From an uncultured Lentisphaerota bacterium (lineage in GTDB: Bacteria > Verrucomicrobiota > Kiritimatiellia > CAIQIC01 > JAGNIJ01): DNA of 40,284 nt. Under the pieces are notes generated by a model. That model saw only the letters and a list, made by a program, of their open reading frames with translations, was not told where the DNA came from and did no database searches. The DNA lies in assembly GCA_937870865.1 (NCBI GenBank), contig CALMZY010000133.1:1-40284 (forward strand), in the 5' to 3' direction. This document shows, one piece after another, positions 1 to 10,388 of the stretch (position 1 is its first letter; the number at the start of each line of letters is the position of its first letter). Position numbers and translations under genes: made by a program.

Positions 1-381
1 CTGCGCACAGGCGAATGGGGCGAGGATCAAGCCGCCCGCATGCTCAGCGGCAAAGGGTATCGTATTCTCGGCCAGCGCGTGCGTGTGGGCCGCCGGGATG
101 AGCTCGACATCGTGGCGCGTCACGGGGAGGTGCTTGTCTTCGTCGAGGTGAAAACCCGCCAAGGCGAGGAATACGGTCGGCCGATCTCCTCGGTGAACCG
201 CGCCAAGCGGCATTCGTTGTCGCGCGCGGCAATCAGATACATGAAGCAACTCCGGCAGAAACCCGACTACTTCCGTTTTGATGTCGTGGAAATCGTCGGC
301 TCCGATCCGTCGGCTGATCCAATCGTTCGCCATATCGAAAACGCCTTTACTTTGGATCGCGGCTACCGCATACCATGGTGA
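1..381 (+). CDS. yraN: YraN family (UPF0102) PD-(D/E)xK endonuclease-like protein, 5'-truncated by the window
   Basis: Frame is open from base 1 (LRTGEWGEDQAARML...). Motifs ELDIVA, LVFVEVKTR and RFDVV are typical of YraN. Confidence 0.9.
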   Translation: MRTGEWGEDQAARMLSGKGYRILGQRVRVGRRDELDIVARHGEVLVFVEVKTRQGEEYGRPISSVNRAKRHSLSRAAIRYMKQLRQKPDYFRFDVVEIVGSDPSADPIVRHIENAFTLDRGYRIPW

Positions 382-1430
382 CCATGATCCAGCGGATGCT
401 TCTTCTCGTTTGCCTGTGCCTTCTTCTCCCGGCCGCATCCGCCCAGGACATGACAATCGAAGAGCTCGCCAAAGCCGGGACCGAGTTGCTCGACGGCTAT
501 TCCGTGGAGGACCTGATCGAGCACCTGGAGATTCCCACCGCCGAGGAGTGGAGCGATTTCTGGAAGAGCCTTCAGGGCGCTCTCCAGTCCGGCTCCTTGG
601 ATGATCTCTCGTGGCTCCTGCCGTACGTGGAAACGGCCTCCGGTTTCCTGAAGACGGTTCCGCAGGGGGAGCCCTATGCCGCGTGGCTGGAACAGCGCTT
701 GGACTACTTCGACATGGCGCGCAGCGTCCTGAAAACCGTGCCGGGGCCGGTGCCGGAAACCCGGCCGCCCGTCGAGCGCGCGCCCGGCCGGTTCCGGCTG
801 GTTCCGCCGCCGAGGCCCCGAAGTACGCCGGCACCCGCCGCCGTGTCGAAACGGCGGATCGATACCGCGCGCAGTTCGGCCACGTGGAAGCAGAAACTGG
901 CGGGCCGGCCGCTGCCGCCGAACGCGAAGAAACTCCTGCCGACGCTTCAAAACGCGTTCCGCTCCGAGGGCGTGCCCGTGCAGTGGGTCTGGCTCGCGGA
1001 GGTGGAGTCCACGATGAATCCCGCCGCCCGGAGCCCGGTCGGGGCCGCGGGCCTTTATCAGTTCATGATCCCCACCGCCGAACGCTTTGGGCTCCAGACC
1101 CGGCCGGTGGATGAGCGGCTTGTTCCGGACAAGAGCGCGCACGCCGCGGCCCGGTACTTGAAGGTCTTGTACAAGCAGTTCAACTCATGGCCGCTGGCCC
1201 TGGCGGCGTACAACGCGGGCGAGGGGCGGGTCGGCCGGCTTCTGAAGAAAAGCCCGGCAAAAACCTTCGAGGCGATCGAGGATTCCCTGCCCGTGGAAAC
1301 CCAGATGTATGTCCCGAAAGTCATGGCGGTCGTGGCCATGCGGGAGGGTGTGGACCCGCTGAAACTCCCCGCGCCGACGGCGATGCAGATGCCGCAGGGG
1401 ATGTTCCTCGTGGCGTGGGTGTTCGAGTAG
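375..1430 (+). CDS. Secreted lytic transglycosylase (SLT domain, MltD-like, no LysM seen)
   Basis: Signal peptide (LLLVCLCLLLPAASA). SLT motifs VES, AAGLYQF and ALAAYNAGEGRV. Pro-rich linker. Start overlaps the yraN stop. Confidence 0.88.
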   Translation: MVTMIQRMLLLVCLCLLLPAASAQDMTIEELAKAGTELLDGYSVEDLIEHLEIPTAEEWSDFWKSLQGALQSGSLDDLSWLLPYVETASGFLKTVPQGEPYAAWLEQRLDYFDMARSVLKTVPGPVPETRPPVERAPGRFRLVPPPRPRSTPAPAAVSKRRIDTARSSATWKQKLAGRPLPPNAKKLLPTLQNAFRSEGVPVQWVWLAEVESTMNPAARSPVGAAGLYQFMIPTAERFGLQTRPVDERLVPDKSAHAAARYLKVLYKQFNSWPLALAAYNAGEGRVGRLLKKSPAKTFEAIEDSLPVETQMYVPKVMAVVAMREGVDPLKLPAPTAMQMPQGMFLVAWVFE

Positions 1431-1431
1431 G

Positions 1432-1449
1432 CGCGATTTCGAAATCGCG
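1432..1449. repeat. Perfect 18-bp palindrome between convergent genes (REP-like or bidirectional stop signal)
   Basis: CGCGATTTCGAAATCGCG fills nearly all of the 20-bp gap between two convergent stop codons. Confidence 0.6.
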
Positions 1450-1450
1450 T

Positions 1451-1951
1451 CTACTGCCGATCCGCCGATTTCGTCGCCAGCTTCAGCGCCATTTTCACGG
1501 CATCTTCCGGCGTCCTGGCCACGTGGATGCCCGGGTCGGGTTTGCCGTTCCGGACCACGCTCCACGTCTGAAGGCCGACCACCGGGACCTTCAGCCGAAG
1601 CGCGAAGGCGATCTCCGAAAGTGTGCCGTAGCCGCCGTGGATGGCGATGACCGCATCGCAGCAGCGGACAAGCACCGCGTTTCGGATCGCGCCCAAGCCG
1701 GTGGGCAGGGCGATGTCGATGAACTCGTTTGCCACCGAAGCGGTTTCGCCCGGCAGGATTCCGACGGTCACACCGCGTTCGCTCTTCGCGCCTTCAGCCG
1801 CTGCCTCCATCATCCCGCCCAGCCCGCCGCACAAGAGGATCGCGCCCTGTCGCGCGAGCTCCGCGCCGACAGCGAAGCCGATCTTGCGTTCCTCCTTTGA
1901 ACAATCATGAGGCCCGAGGACTCCGATCCTTAGTGTGTGATTTGCTTTCAC
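1451..1951 (-). CDS. TIGR00725 family / LOG-SLOG Rossmann-fold protein
   Basis: Motifs IGVLG, CGGLGGMMEAA, VGILPG, TGLGAIRN and GGYGTLSEIA. GTG at 1951 preferred because the 1978 start lies inside a repeat. Confidence 0.85.
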   Translation of the reverse strand: MKANHTLRIGVLGPHDCSKEERKIGFAVGAELARQGAILLCGGLGGMMEAAAEGAKSERGVTVGILPGETASVANEFIDIALPTGLGAIRNAVLVRCCDAVIAIHGGYGTLSEIAFALRLKVPVVGLQTWSVVRNGKPDPGIHVARTPEDAVKMALKLATKSADRQ

Positions 1952-1955
1952 GACC

Positions 1956-2055
1956 GGAGTCCAAAGTCCAAGGTCCAAAGTTCAAGGTGGAAGAAGTGGA
2001 GTCCCAGGGTCGTACTTCTTCGACCTTGGACTTCAGACTTTGGGCTTTGGACTCC
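1956..2055. repeat. Miniature inverted-repeat element built of GTCCAAR heptamers
   Basis: 42-nt arms at 1956-1997 and 2014-2055 (36/42 complementary) with a 16-nt loop. Each arm holds about four heptamers. Confidence 0.85.
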
Positions 2056-2060
2056 CCCTC

Positions 2061-3560
<1,500 letters not shown>

Positions 3561-3603
3561 GATCTCTCTCCCTGGATGACGTGGGGGCAAAATATCCGAA
3601 TAC

Positions 3604-3636
3604 CGGAAAAGACGGAAGAGGGAAGACGGGAAGAAA
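3604..3636. repeat. Short purine-rich heptamer tandem (GASGGRA) upstream of asnS
   Basis: cggaaaa-gacggaa-gagggaa-gacggga-aga. Confidence 0.45.
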
Positions 3637-3793
3637 AAGAAAGCCGATGGTTTTCCGAAGCCGCCCTTCCCCTTGCAGGTTACCCCGAAACCCTTGTCTG
3701 CTTGCAAACCCTAGCTTCGGTACGCCACCGGCTTATCTGCTAAAACTCTTGCAGAAGACGTCGCCTGTGTCTGCAATAAAAAAGCCGGAACCC

Positions 3794-3811
3794 TATAGGA
3801 TAATCCCTACA
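3794..3811. promoter_or_regulatory. Putative NarL/UvrY-type response-regulator binding site
   Basis: Minus-strand TGTAGG-GATTAT-CCTATA resembles the GacA box TGTAAG-N6-CTTACA. It lies 3 bp past the regulator stop codon. Confidence 0.45.
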
Positions 3812-3814
3812 ACT

Positions 3815-4450
3815 TTATTCGATCAGGCCGGACTCGATGGCATAGCGTATGAGGTCCGTCTTGTTGGCCATCTGGAGCTTCTCCATGACGCGCGCCCGGT
3901 ACGTCGTCACGCTTTTTTCGCTGACTCCCAGCTGGTAGGCGATCTCCTTCACGGAGAGCCCGTTTCCCAGCAGGATCAACACTTCGAATTCCCTTTGGGA
4001 GAGCGATTCCAGCGAGCCCTTCCGTTTGCCGTCGCGCTTCAGATGACCGGCCAGTTTGGTGGCCATTGCCGACGACACGAACGTGTTGCCCCCGGCGACC
4101 GTCCGGATGGCCTGCAGGAGTTCCTCGAAGGGGGCGCCCTTGACGACGAAGCCGTCGGCGCCGCTCTCCAGGGCGTGCACGGCATAGCGCACGTGATCGT
4201 ACATGGTGAGGACCACGATCTTGCAGCTGGGCAGGGCGTTATTGATCTGGCGGATCAGCGTGACGCCGTTGGCGTCCGGTAGTTTCATGTCGAGGATCAT
4301 CACCGTGGGTTTCAGAGTCGCGATCTTCGTCAGGAGTTCCTTTGCGCTGGCCGCTTCACCCACGACCTCCATGTCGGGATGGCCGGCAAACTTGCTTCGG
4401 AGTCCCTCTCTGAGCATCGCGTGGTCGTCGGCGAGCATGAGCTTGATCAT
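3815..4450 (-). CDS. NarL/LuxR family response regulator (UvrY/GacA-like)
   Basis: REC domain (LADDH, ILDMKLP, VKG) plus HTH LSQREFEV...KSVTTYRARVMEKL. ATG at 4450 overlaps the kinase stop (ATGA) after a GGAGG SD. Confidence 0.93.
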   Translation of the reverse strand: MIKLMLADDHAMLREGLRSKFAGHPDMEVVGEAASAKELLTKIATLKPTVMILDMKLPDANGVTLIRQINNALPSCKIVVLTMYDHVRYAVHALESGADGFVVKGAPFEELLQAIRTVAGGNTFVSSAMATKLAGHLKRDGKRKGSLESLSQREFEVLILLGNGLSVKEIAYQLGVSEKSVTTYRARVMEKLQMANKTDLIRYAIESGLIE

Positions 4451-7400
4451 GGCGAGTCCTCCTGGATCCGGGCGGGTACACAGGCCCGGATCCTTGTGCC
4501 CTTGTTCTTCTCCGAAATGATCTCCAGGGATCCGCCGCACCGGGACAGCCGTTCGCGCATGCCGATGAACCCGATCCCCTTCTGATTCTGCTGATCGTTT
4601 TGGTCGAAGCCTATGCCGTTGTCCTGGATCTCGAGGCAGGTCTCGTTGCCGCATGTCTTGAGCTGGACGTTGACTTGCGACGATTCGGAGTGCTTGGCCG
4701 CGTTGGTGAGGGCCTCCTGCAGGACGCGGTACAGGCAGGTTTCCGTTGCGTCGGTCAGGGCCGGCTTGGGCCCCACGTTCGTGAATGACACGTGGATGCT
4801 GGATCCATCCGTGAAATCTTCCGTCAGGGTCTCGAGCGCAACTTCGATGCCGAGGTCGTCGATGATCGGCGGGCGCAGGGCCACCGCGAGGCGGCGGACC
4901 GAGCCGAGCATTTCATCCAGCCGCGCCATGGCGTTACGGATGCTCTGCTGCGATGCGGCATCGCCGCCCTCCACGGAGCCGAGTTCGAGGCGGGTGAGCG
5001 TCAGGAGCTGGCCGAGGTGGTCGTGAAGCACGGAGCTGATATCGCGCCGCTCTTTTTCCTGCACTTCCAGCAGGTTCGCCGCAAGCCGCGTCCGCTCCTC
5101 CTCGAGCTTCTTCTGGAGGCTGATGTCGCGGGCAATCGCCATCACCGCCGGCCGGCCCCTCCAGATCGTCTTGGCGATCGAGACGTCCACCGGGAATTGG
5201 CTGCCGTCCTTGCGGATCGCGCGGGTCTCGTACCGCGTCGGCACGAGGATGTCGCCGGCCAGTCTTCTCTGAAAAGTCGCCCAGCCGTCTTCCCTCAACT
5301 CCGGGAGAACGATATCCCAAAGGGTGAGCTTGAGCAGTTCCTCCTCCGAGTACGTGCTCATGCCGACGGCCGCCTTGTTGGCGTAGACCAAACGCGCCTC
5401 CGCGCCGGTCATGATAATGATTCCGTCCAGTGCGTTTTCCGCCAGCGCGCGGAAGTTGGCTTCGCTTTCCCGGACGGCGTCTTCCATCTGCCGCCGGTGC
5501 GTGATGTCGCGCGACACGCCCAGCACGGCGGTCGCTTCCCCCTTGCCGTTGAGGATGGGGACGAGACGCGTTTCGATCCAGACCTTGGATTCCTGAAGCA
5601 TTTCCGTGACTTCGGAGAAGAGCGGCTGCTTCGTCTCGCAGACCCGTCGGATCGCGGCCGTGTGGCGCGTCGCGATCTCCGGGGGGAAGAGTTCCTCCTG
5701 CTTTTTCCCGGCGACCTGGTCGGGGCGCAGGTTCCACTGCTGGGCGCCCAGCGTGTTCGTGTAGATGATGTCTCCGTTGGGCGCGCACATGAAGATCATG
5801 TCGGGGGACGCTTCGGCGAGAGTCCGGTACCTGTCTTCACTGTCCCGGATGGACTTCTCAGCCTCCCGCTGCTCCGTGACATCGTCCGTGTGTACCATGA
5901 CCTGGTTCGGCGGGACGAAGACGAACGTGATGTTCAGGCGCCGCATCCTGTTTGCGGTCCGGAACTGAAGATCGGTTTCCCGGGAGAAGGTGGAGCGTTC
6001 GCTCAGGCAACGGCGGATGTCGGCGATGATGTCCGGGCGATCCTTGTGGAATTCCGTGACTTTGTATCCAGCGTATTTCCTGATGTTCCCCTCGGTCAAC
6101 AGAACCCCGGCGTTGTTGAAGTCGGTCAGAATGAGTTCATCACCCACGAGAGTCCATGTGAACGTCGGAATGGGGAAGCCCATGTACTGCGCGCGCCACA
6201 CCTCCTCGCTGTGGCGGATTTCCTCCTCGGCCCTCTTGCGGTCCGTGATGTCCCGGATCACGCCGACGATGTGATGCCGGCCGCTCGGATCGGTGTATCG
6301 CGTCTTTTTCGTGGAGATGGTGTACGTCCGGCCGTAGGCGTCAGAGATGGTTTCCTCGCTGACATTCTCCTGGCCCGTGGTCAGCACCTCCTCGTCGTGT
6401 TTCCAGAACACGTCGACCTGCTCCTTCGGGAAGAAGTCGTAGTCGGTCTTGCCGATCATCTCCTCGCGGCTCCTGTCGGCCAGGGCGCATTCCGCGTCGT
6501 TGACCAGGACGAAGCGGTGCTGGCTGTCCTTGACGAAGATGGGGTCACTGATGCTGTTGATGATCTTGTCCAGGTATTCGCGGGATTCCTTGAGCGCCGC
6601 CTCGATCTTCCTGCGTTCGGTGATGTCCCACGCGACGCCCTGGAGATGGGTGATCGCTCCCGCGGCATCCCTCACGATCCGGGTCCGGTCCTCCACCCAG
6701 CGGATCTCGCCGCCGCGGGTCCGTACGCGATACTCCTGGACGAAAGCGTCCCGCCCTTGCCGTAGATGCTCCTCGGTTTCCTTTTCGATCCGCAGCAGGT
6801 CGTCGGGATGAATGATGTCAGCGACGCGGGGCTTCCCCGCGATAATCTCCTCCGCCGTGTAGCCGAACTGCGAAATGTTGTCGGAGACGAATTCGATGGG
6901 CCAGCCCTCGACATTCCTCCACAGGAAGGCGATCGCGGGGCTCTGGCTGATGATCGCCTCGAGATCGCGAAGGCGCCCCTGGGCTTTCTTGTGTTCGGTG
7001 ATGTCCTGGTTGACTCCGTAGGTCCTGATGGTGCGTCCGCTCTCGTCCTGGACAACGAAGAAGCGGACGTTCATGAATCCGGTCTCCCCGTTGGCATAGA
7101 GGATGCGATGTTCCAGAAGGCGGCTGTAGTGGGGGTCCGCGGTCTCGTTCGACGCCTTGATCTCCTCGGCCACGCGGTGCAGGTCATCGGGGTGGCAGAA
7201 TCTTCGCGCATACTCCGCCGAGCGCATCGTGTAACCGCCCACTTCCTGGGCCGTGGTTCTGAAGATCCGGTAGAAGTTGTCGTTGAACGTGAACGTATCG
7301 CTGTCCACGTCATATTCCCAGTAGCCGGCATGCGCCATCTGCAGGGCGGTGGCCAGGCTCGCCTCGCTCCGGCTCAGCGCCTCCTCAGCCAGTTTGCGCT

Positions 7401-8772
7401 CCGTGATGTCGTGGCCGACCCCCTGGATCTCAATCAGCTGGCCCTGCTCGTTGAAGACCGCGCGATTCGTCCACCGTCCCCACCGGACCTTGCCGTCGGA
7501 CCCGGTCGAGCGATTCTCGCTCACCAGGAAGGGATTTTGAGGACTGAGGGCCGTCAGTTGGTCCAGCAAGGCCTGGCGATCCTCCGCCAGCACGTAGGGG
7601 GCGAAGGGCCGGCCGATCACTTCCTCGCGCTTCTTTCCGTAATACTGGCAGCACGCTTCGTTGACGAAGGTCACGATGCCGTTCGGAAGAAACCGGCAGA
7701 TGCAGTCCGTCTGGGATTCCACGATGGCCCGGAAACGCTCCTCGTTCCGCCGCAGGACCTCGTCCGCGCGCCGGTGTACCAGCGTATTGCCGATGGCCGT
7801 CGCGACATTCGCCAGCATGGTCTTGTCCCGCTCCGTCCAGGTGCGCTCGATGCGGTGGTCCTCGATGAGAACGAAACCCCAGCAGCGGTCCTCCACGAGA
7901 ACGGGAACGGCAAGCAGGGAGATGACACGGCGCGCCAGGAAGAACGGCTGCTCCTCGGCGGGCAGCGATCGGGTGGCCCCGCCGAGGGCGTGGCCGCTGG
8001 AAAGGACCGTGTGCCAGCGTGAAAGGCCGAGTGACTTGTAAGCCGCATCCTGCAGGCCCGGGTCGTTGTACTTGAAATCATCGGAATCGCGCGACCACTC
8101 GAAGCGATGGCTGATCGCGGGCTGCTTGGTCGCGGCATTGACGGTCTGTTCGAACACCGTCAATCGGTCCGCGCCCAGGGCCCTGCCGAGGATGCCGAGG
8201 GCGCCGATGATCACCGAGAGACGGTCGGTCTGCGTGTTGAGGAGCATGACCGCCTCGGCGCCGGCTTCGAGGAGGGTGTCCTTCTTGCGCTTGTCCTCCT
8301 CCTCCTTGTAAACGCGGACGGCGTGCGAGATGACGCGCGAGACCGTGTCGGCATTGATCCGGTCTTTCGGCAGGTAGTCCGCGGCGCCCGTCCTCAGCAG
8401 GTCGGCCACCAGCATCTCGTCTCCGAAACCGGTCGTGATGATGACCGGAATGCGTATGCCCGCGTCGCGGATCTTGCGCAGGAGGTCCAGGCTCTTGCCG
8501 TCCGGCAGAACGTGGTCCAGCATGATGACGTCAAAGGCGTTTTTCCGGATGAGCTCAACCGCGGAAGCGATGTCCGCCGCCTCCGTGGTCTGGGGATTCA
8601 GCTTGGTGCCTTTAAGTGCGCGGAGGACCGTCATGCGGTCGACGGGGTCGTCATCAACGACCAGGATGCTCAATTGCCGGGCCGGGCTGATCTCGTCGCG
8701 GGTTCGCGGATCAGCGGCCGCGGGCTTGCCGCCCGCGGTTTTTTTCCCGTCCTTGTCCGATGGTTTCGCCAT
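4447..8772 (-). CDS. Soluble hybrid sensor histidine kinase REC-GAF-7xPAS-HisKA_3-HATPase
   Basis: N-terminal REC (VVDDD, MLDHVLP), a GAF domain, and seven PAS/PAC units ending in DIT/DVT/DIS. H-box ERRDISSVLHD, N-box QEALTNAAKH, DNGIGF and GFIGMRER. No TM helix seen. Start MAKPSDK at 8772 chosen. Confidence 0.9.
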   Translation of the reverse strand: MAKPSDKDGKKTAGGKPAAADPRTRDEISPARQLSILVVDDDPVDRMTVLRALKGTKLNPQTTEAADIASAVELIRKNAFDVIMLDHVLPDGKSLDLLRKIRDAGIRIPVIITTGFGDEMLVADLLRTGAADYLPKDRINADTVSRVISHAVRVYKEEEDKRKKDTLLEAGAEAVMLLNTQTDRLSVIIGALGILGRALGADRLTVFEQTVNAATKQPAISHRFEWSRDSDDFKYNDPGLQDAAYKSLGLSRWHTVLSSGHALGGATRSLPAEEQPFFLARRVISLLAVPVLVEDRCWGFVLIEDHRIERTWTERDKTMLANVATAIGNTLVHRRADEVLRRNEERFRAIVESQTDCICRFLPNGIVTFVNEACCQYYGKKREEVIGRPFAPYVLAEDRQALLDQLTALSPQNPFLVSENRSTGSDGKVRWGRWTNRAVFNEQGQLIEIQGVGHDITERKLAEEALSRSEASLATALQMAHAGYWEYDVDSDTFTFNDNFYRIFRTTAQEVGGYTMRSAEYARRFCHPDDLHRVAEEIKASNETADPHYSRLLEHRILYANGETGFMNVRFFVVQDESGRTIRTYGVNQDITEHKKAQGRLRDLEAIISQSPAIAFLWRNVEGWPIEFVSDNISQFGYTAEEIIAGKPRVADIIHPDDLLRIEKETEEHLRQGRDAFVQEYRVRTRGGEIRWVEDRTRIVRDAAGAITHLQGVAWDITERRKIEAALKESREYLDKIINSISDPIFVKDSQHRFVLVNDAECALADRSREEMIGKTDYDFFPKEQVDVFWKHDEEVLTTGQENVSEETISDAYGRTYTISTKKTRYTDPSGRHHIVGVIRDITDRKRAEEEIRHSEEVWRAQYMGFPIPTFTWTLVGDELILTDFNNAGVLLTEGNIRKYAGYKVTEFHKDRPDIIADIRRCLSERSTFSRETDLQFRTANRMRRLNITFVFVPPNQVMVHTDDVTEQREAEKSIRDSEDRYRTLAEASPDMIFMCAPNGDIIYTNTLGAQQWNLRPDQVAGKKQEELFPPEIATRHTAAIRRVCETKQPLFSEVTEMLQESKVWIETRLVPILNGKGEATAVLGVSRDITHRRQMEDAVRESEANFRALAENALDGIIIMTGAEARLVYANKAAVGMSTYSEEELLKLTLWDIVLPELREDGWATFQRRLAGDILVPTRYETRAIRKDGSQFPVDVSIAKTIWRGRPAVMAIARDISLQKKLEEERTRLAANLLEVQEKERRDISSVLHDHLGQLLTLTRLELGSVEGGDAASQQSIRNAMARLDEMLGSVRRLAVALRPPIIDDLGIEVALETLTEDFTDGSSIHVSFTNVGPKPALTDATETCLYRVLQEALTNAAKHSESSQVNVQLKTCGNETCLEIQDNGIGFDQNDQQNQKGIGFIGMRERLSRCGGSLEIISEKNKGTRIRACVPARIQEDSP

Positions 8773-9001
8773 GATTCCGCGCCCATCCCGAAACACGACA
8801 GAAATCAATCCCGCCCGAACTCTCCCGATGACAAAAATAGACGCGGGCGAATGCCAAAGCCAGTTTTTTAGTGTGCGAAAGACCGTTGAACGACCGAAGT
8901 CGGAAGGCAAATGCTCTATCCAAGAAACGGCCTGTGCAGTAAGGTACCGGAAAACGTTGCCGGGCCGTCTTGTGGAGCGAGTATGAAGGAAGGAGCCGCT
9001 C

Positions 9002-10372
9002 ATGAGTGACAAGCCTGTGACTCATCTTTTTCGCTATGTGGCCCTCGGGGTGGGGGCTGTCGGACTCGGCCTTCTTTACCTCTCGGCTCTCCATCGGGAA
9101 ATCCCCGCCGTCAAGATCGGCGATATCAAGCCGTCCATGAACTTCGCAACCGTGCGTGTGTCCGGCGAGGTTTCACGCGATGCGCGGCTGTTCAGGGAGG
9201 GAGAGCACATCCGGGCCCTGCGGTTCAGCGTCAGCGACGGAACCGGGGAAATCCATGTCCAGGCTCAGAAGTCCGCGGCCCAGGCGTTGGTGGCCCGCTT
9301 TGGACTGCCCCGCGAAGGGGACCGCGTCGAGGCGGTCGGAAGTCTCGATGTGTCGGAGGGGAGCGAGGTCGTCATGCGCCTGCAGGTTCCGGAGTCGTTT
9401 GTGCTCACGCGCGCCGAGATCAAACCCGTGGCGCTGAAGGAGATCGACAGCCGCCTGCTCGGGAGGAGCGTTGTCGTCGAAGGAATCATCAAGAAGGTCC
9501 TTGCGCCGAAATCCGGGAGCAAGGCGCCTTGGACGATGGTGATCGGGGATTCCGGCGGACAGCAGGAAATCACCTTCTGGCAGGACATCTACGACGAGAT
9601 TCAGAACAAGGTCTTGCTGGCGCCGGGCGCGCCGGTTCGCGCACGCGTCGAGGTCCGGAACTACAAGGACGAGCTTCAGTTGGCCTTGGGGCAGGGGATG
9701 GATATCGAGTTCCTCGCCCCGGCCGCGGCCCCGGATCAGGCCCCGCTGACGCCCGCGGGGGCCGTGACCCGCGCGATGGCGGGCAAGACCATCAAGGTGA
9801 CGGGCCGGGTCGCGCAGATCAAAGCGCCCGAAGCGGGGTCGAAGGCGCCTTATGAAGTGACTCTGCAGGATGACGGCAAGGACGTGTGTGTTGTGTACTG
9901 GGATGCGGTCGCCGGCCTTCTGGACGATGGGAACAAGCCTTTTGTCGGCGCCCTGATGACGGTCAAGGGCCAGGTCAACGAGTACAAAGACAAACTCCAG
10001 ATCAAGATCGAGGACCCTGCCGATCTGACGCTCGTCGACGTGAGGCCCGCGTCCGCGCCGCAAGTGGATCCGGCGCGCGAGATGGAAATCGGTTCGATCA
10101 AGCCGTCCATGGCAGGCCGGGGCGTTACCGTTCGGGGCGAGTTGGGGGAGCCCCGATCCATCCGGGGTGGAGTCGTTTATCCTCTGAGAGATGGATCCGG
10201 CTCGATCATGCTGGTCCTCTGGGACAAGACCGCTTCAGGGCCGGTGCGGGATGACTTGTCGGCCGGGAGCCATGTGGTGGTTTCCGGGAAGGTGACAAAG
10301 TACAAAGGCGACCTCGAAGTGGTTCCCGACAACATCGAAGCGATCCGGATCGTTGCTCCGCCGAGCCGGTAG
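9002..10372 (+). CDS. Membrane-anchored protein with four tandem OB folds
   Basis: N-terminal TM (YVALGVGAVGLGLLYL). Four repeats of V-x-V-x-G...D-G-[TS]-G-x-I-x-V-x-x-W...G-x-V-x-x-Y-K-x-x-L-[QE]. AAGGAG SD. Confidence 0.8.
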   Translation: MSDKPVTHLFRYVALGVGAVGLGLLYLSALHREIPAVKIGDIKPSMNFATVRVSGEVSRDARLFREGEHIRALRFSVSDGTGEIHVQAQKSAAQALVARFGLPREGDRVEAVGSLDVSEGSEVVMRLQVPESFVLTRAEIKPVALKEIDSRLLGRSVVVEGIIKKVLAPKSGSKAPWTMVIGDSGGQQEITFWQDIYDEIQNKVLLAPGAPVRARVEVRNYKDELQLALGQGMDIEFLAPAAAPDQAPLTPAGAVTRAMAGKTIKVTGRVAQIKAPEAGSKAPYEVTLQDDGKDVCVVYWDAVAGLLDDGNKPFVGALMTVKGQVNEYKDKLQIKIEDPADLTLVDVRPASAPQVDPAREMEIGSIKPSMAGRGVTVRGELGEPRSIRGGVVYPLRDGSGSIMLVLWDKTASGPVRDDLSAGSHVVVSGKVTKYKGDLEVVPDNIEAIRIVAPPSR

Positions 10373-10388
10373 AACCGGGGGCTTCGAA

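Noticed and set aside
1956-2055. CRISPR array
   Set aside because: The repeats are 7-mers in inverted arms with no unique spacers, and there are no cas genes.
3561-3790. T-box riboswitch upstream of asnS (GGTGGCGTACCG on the minus strand)
   Set aside because: It has two extra bases relative to GGTGGNACC, and I found no recognisable stem I, specifier loop or following terminator.
8900-8965. c-di-GMP-I riboswitch (GGCAAA...GGCCT...GTTGCC)
   Set aside because: It lacks the GAAA-capped P2 stem and the GACGCAAA segment.
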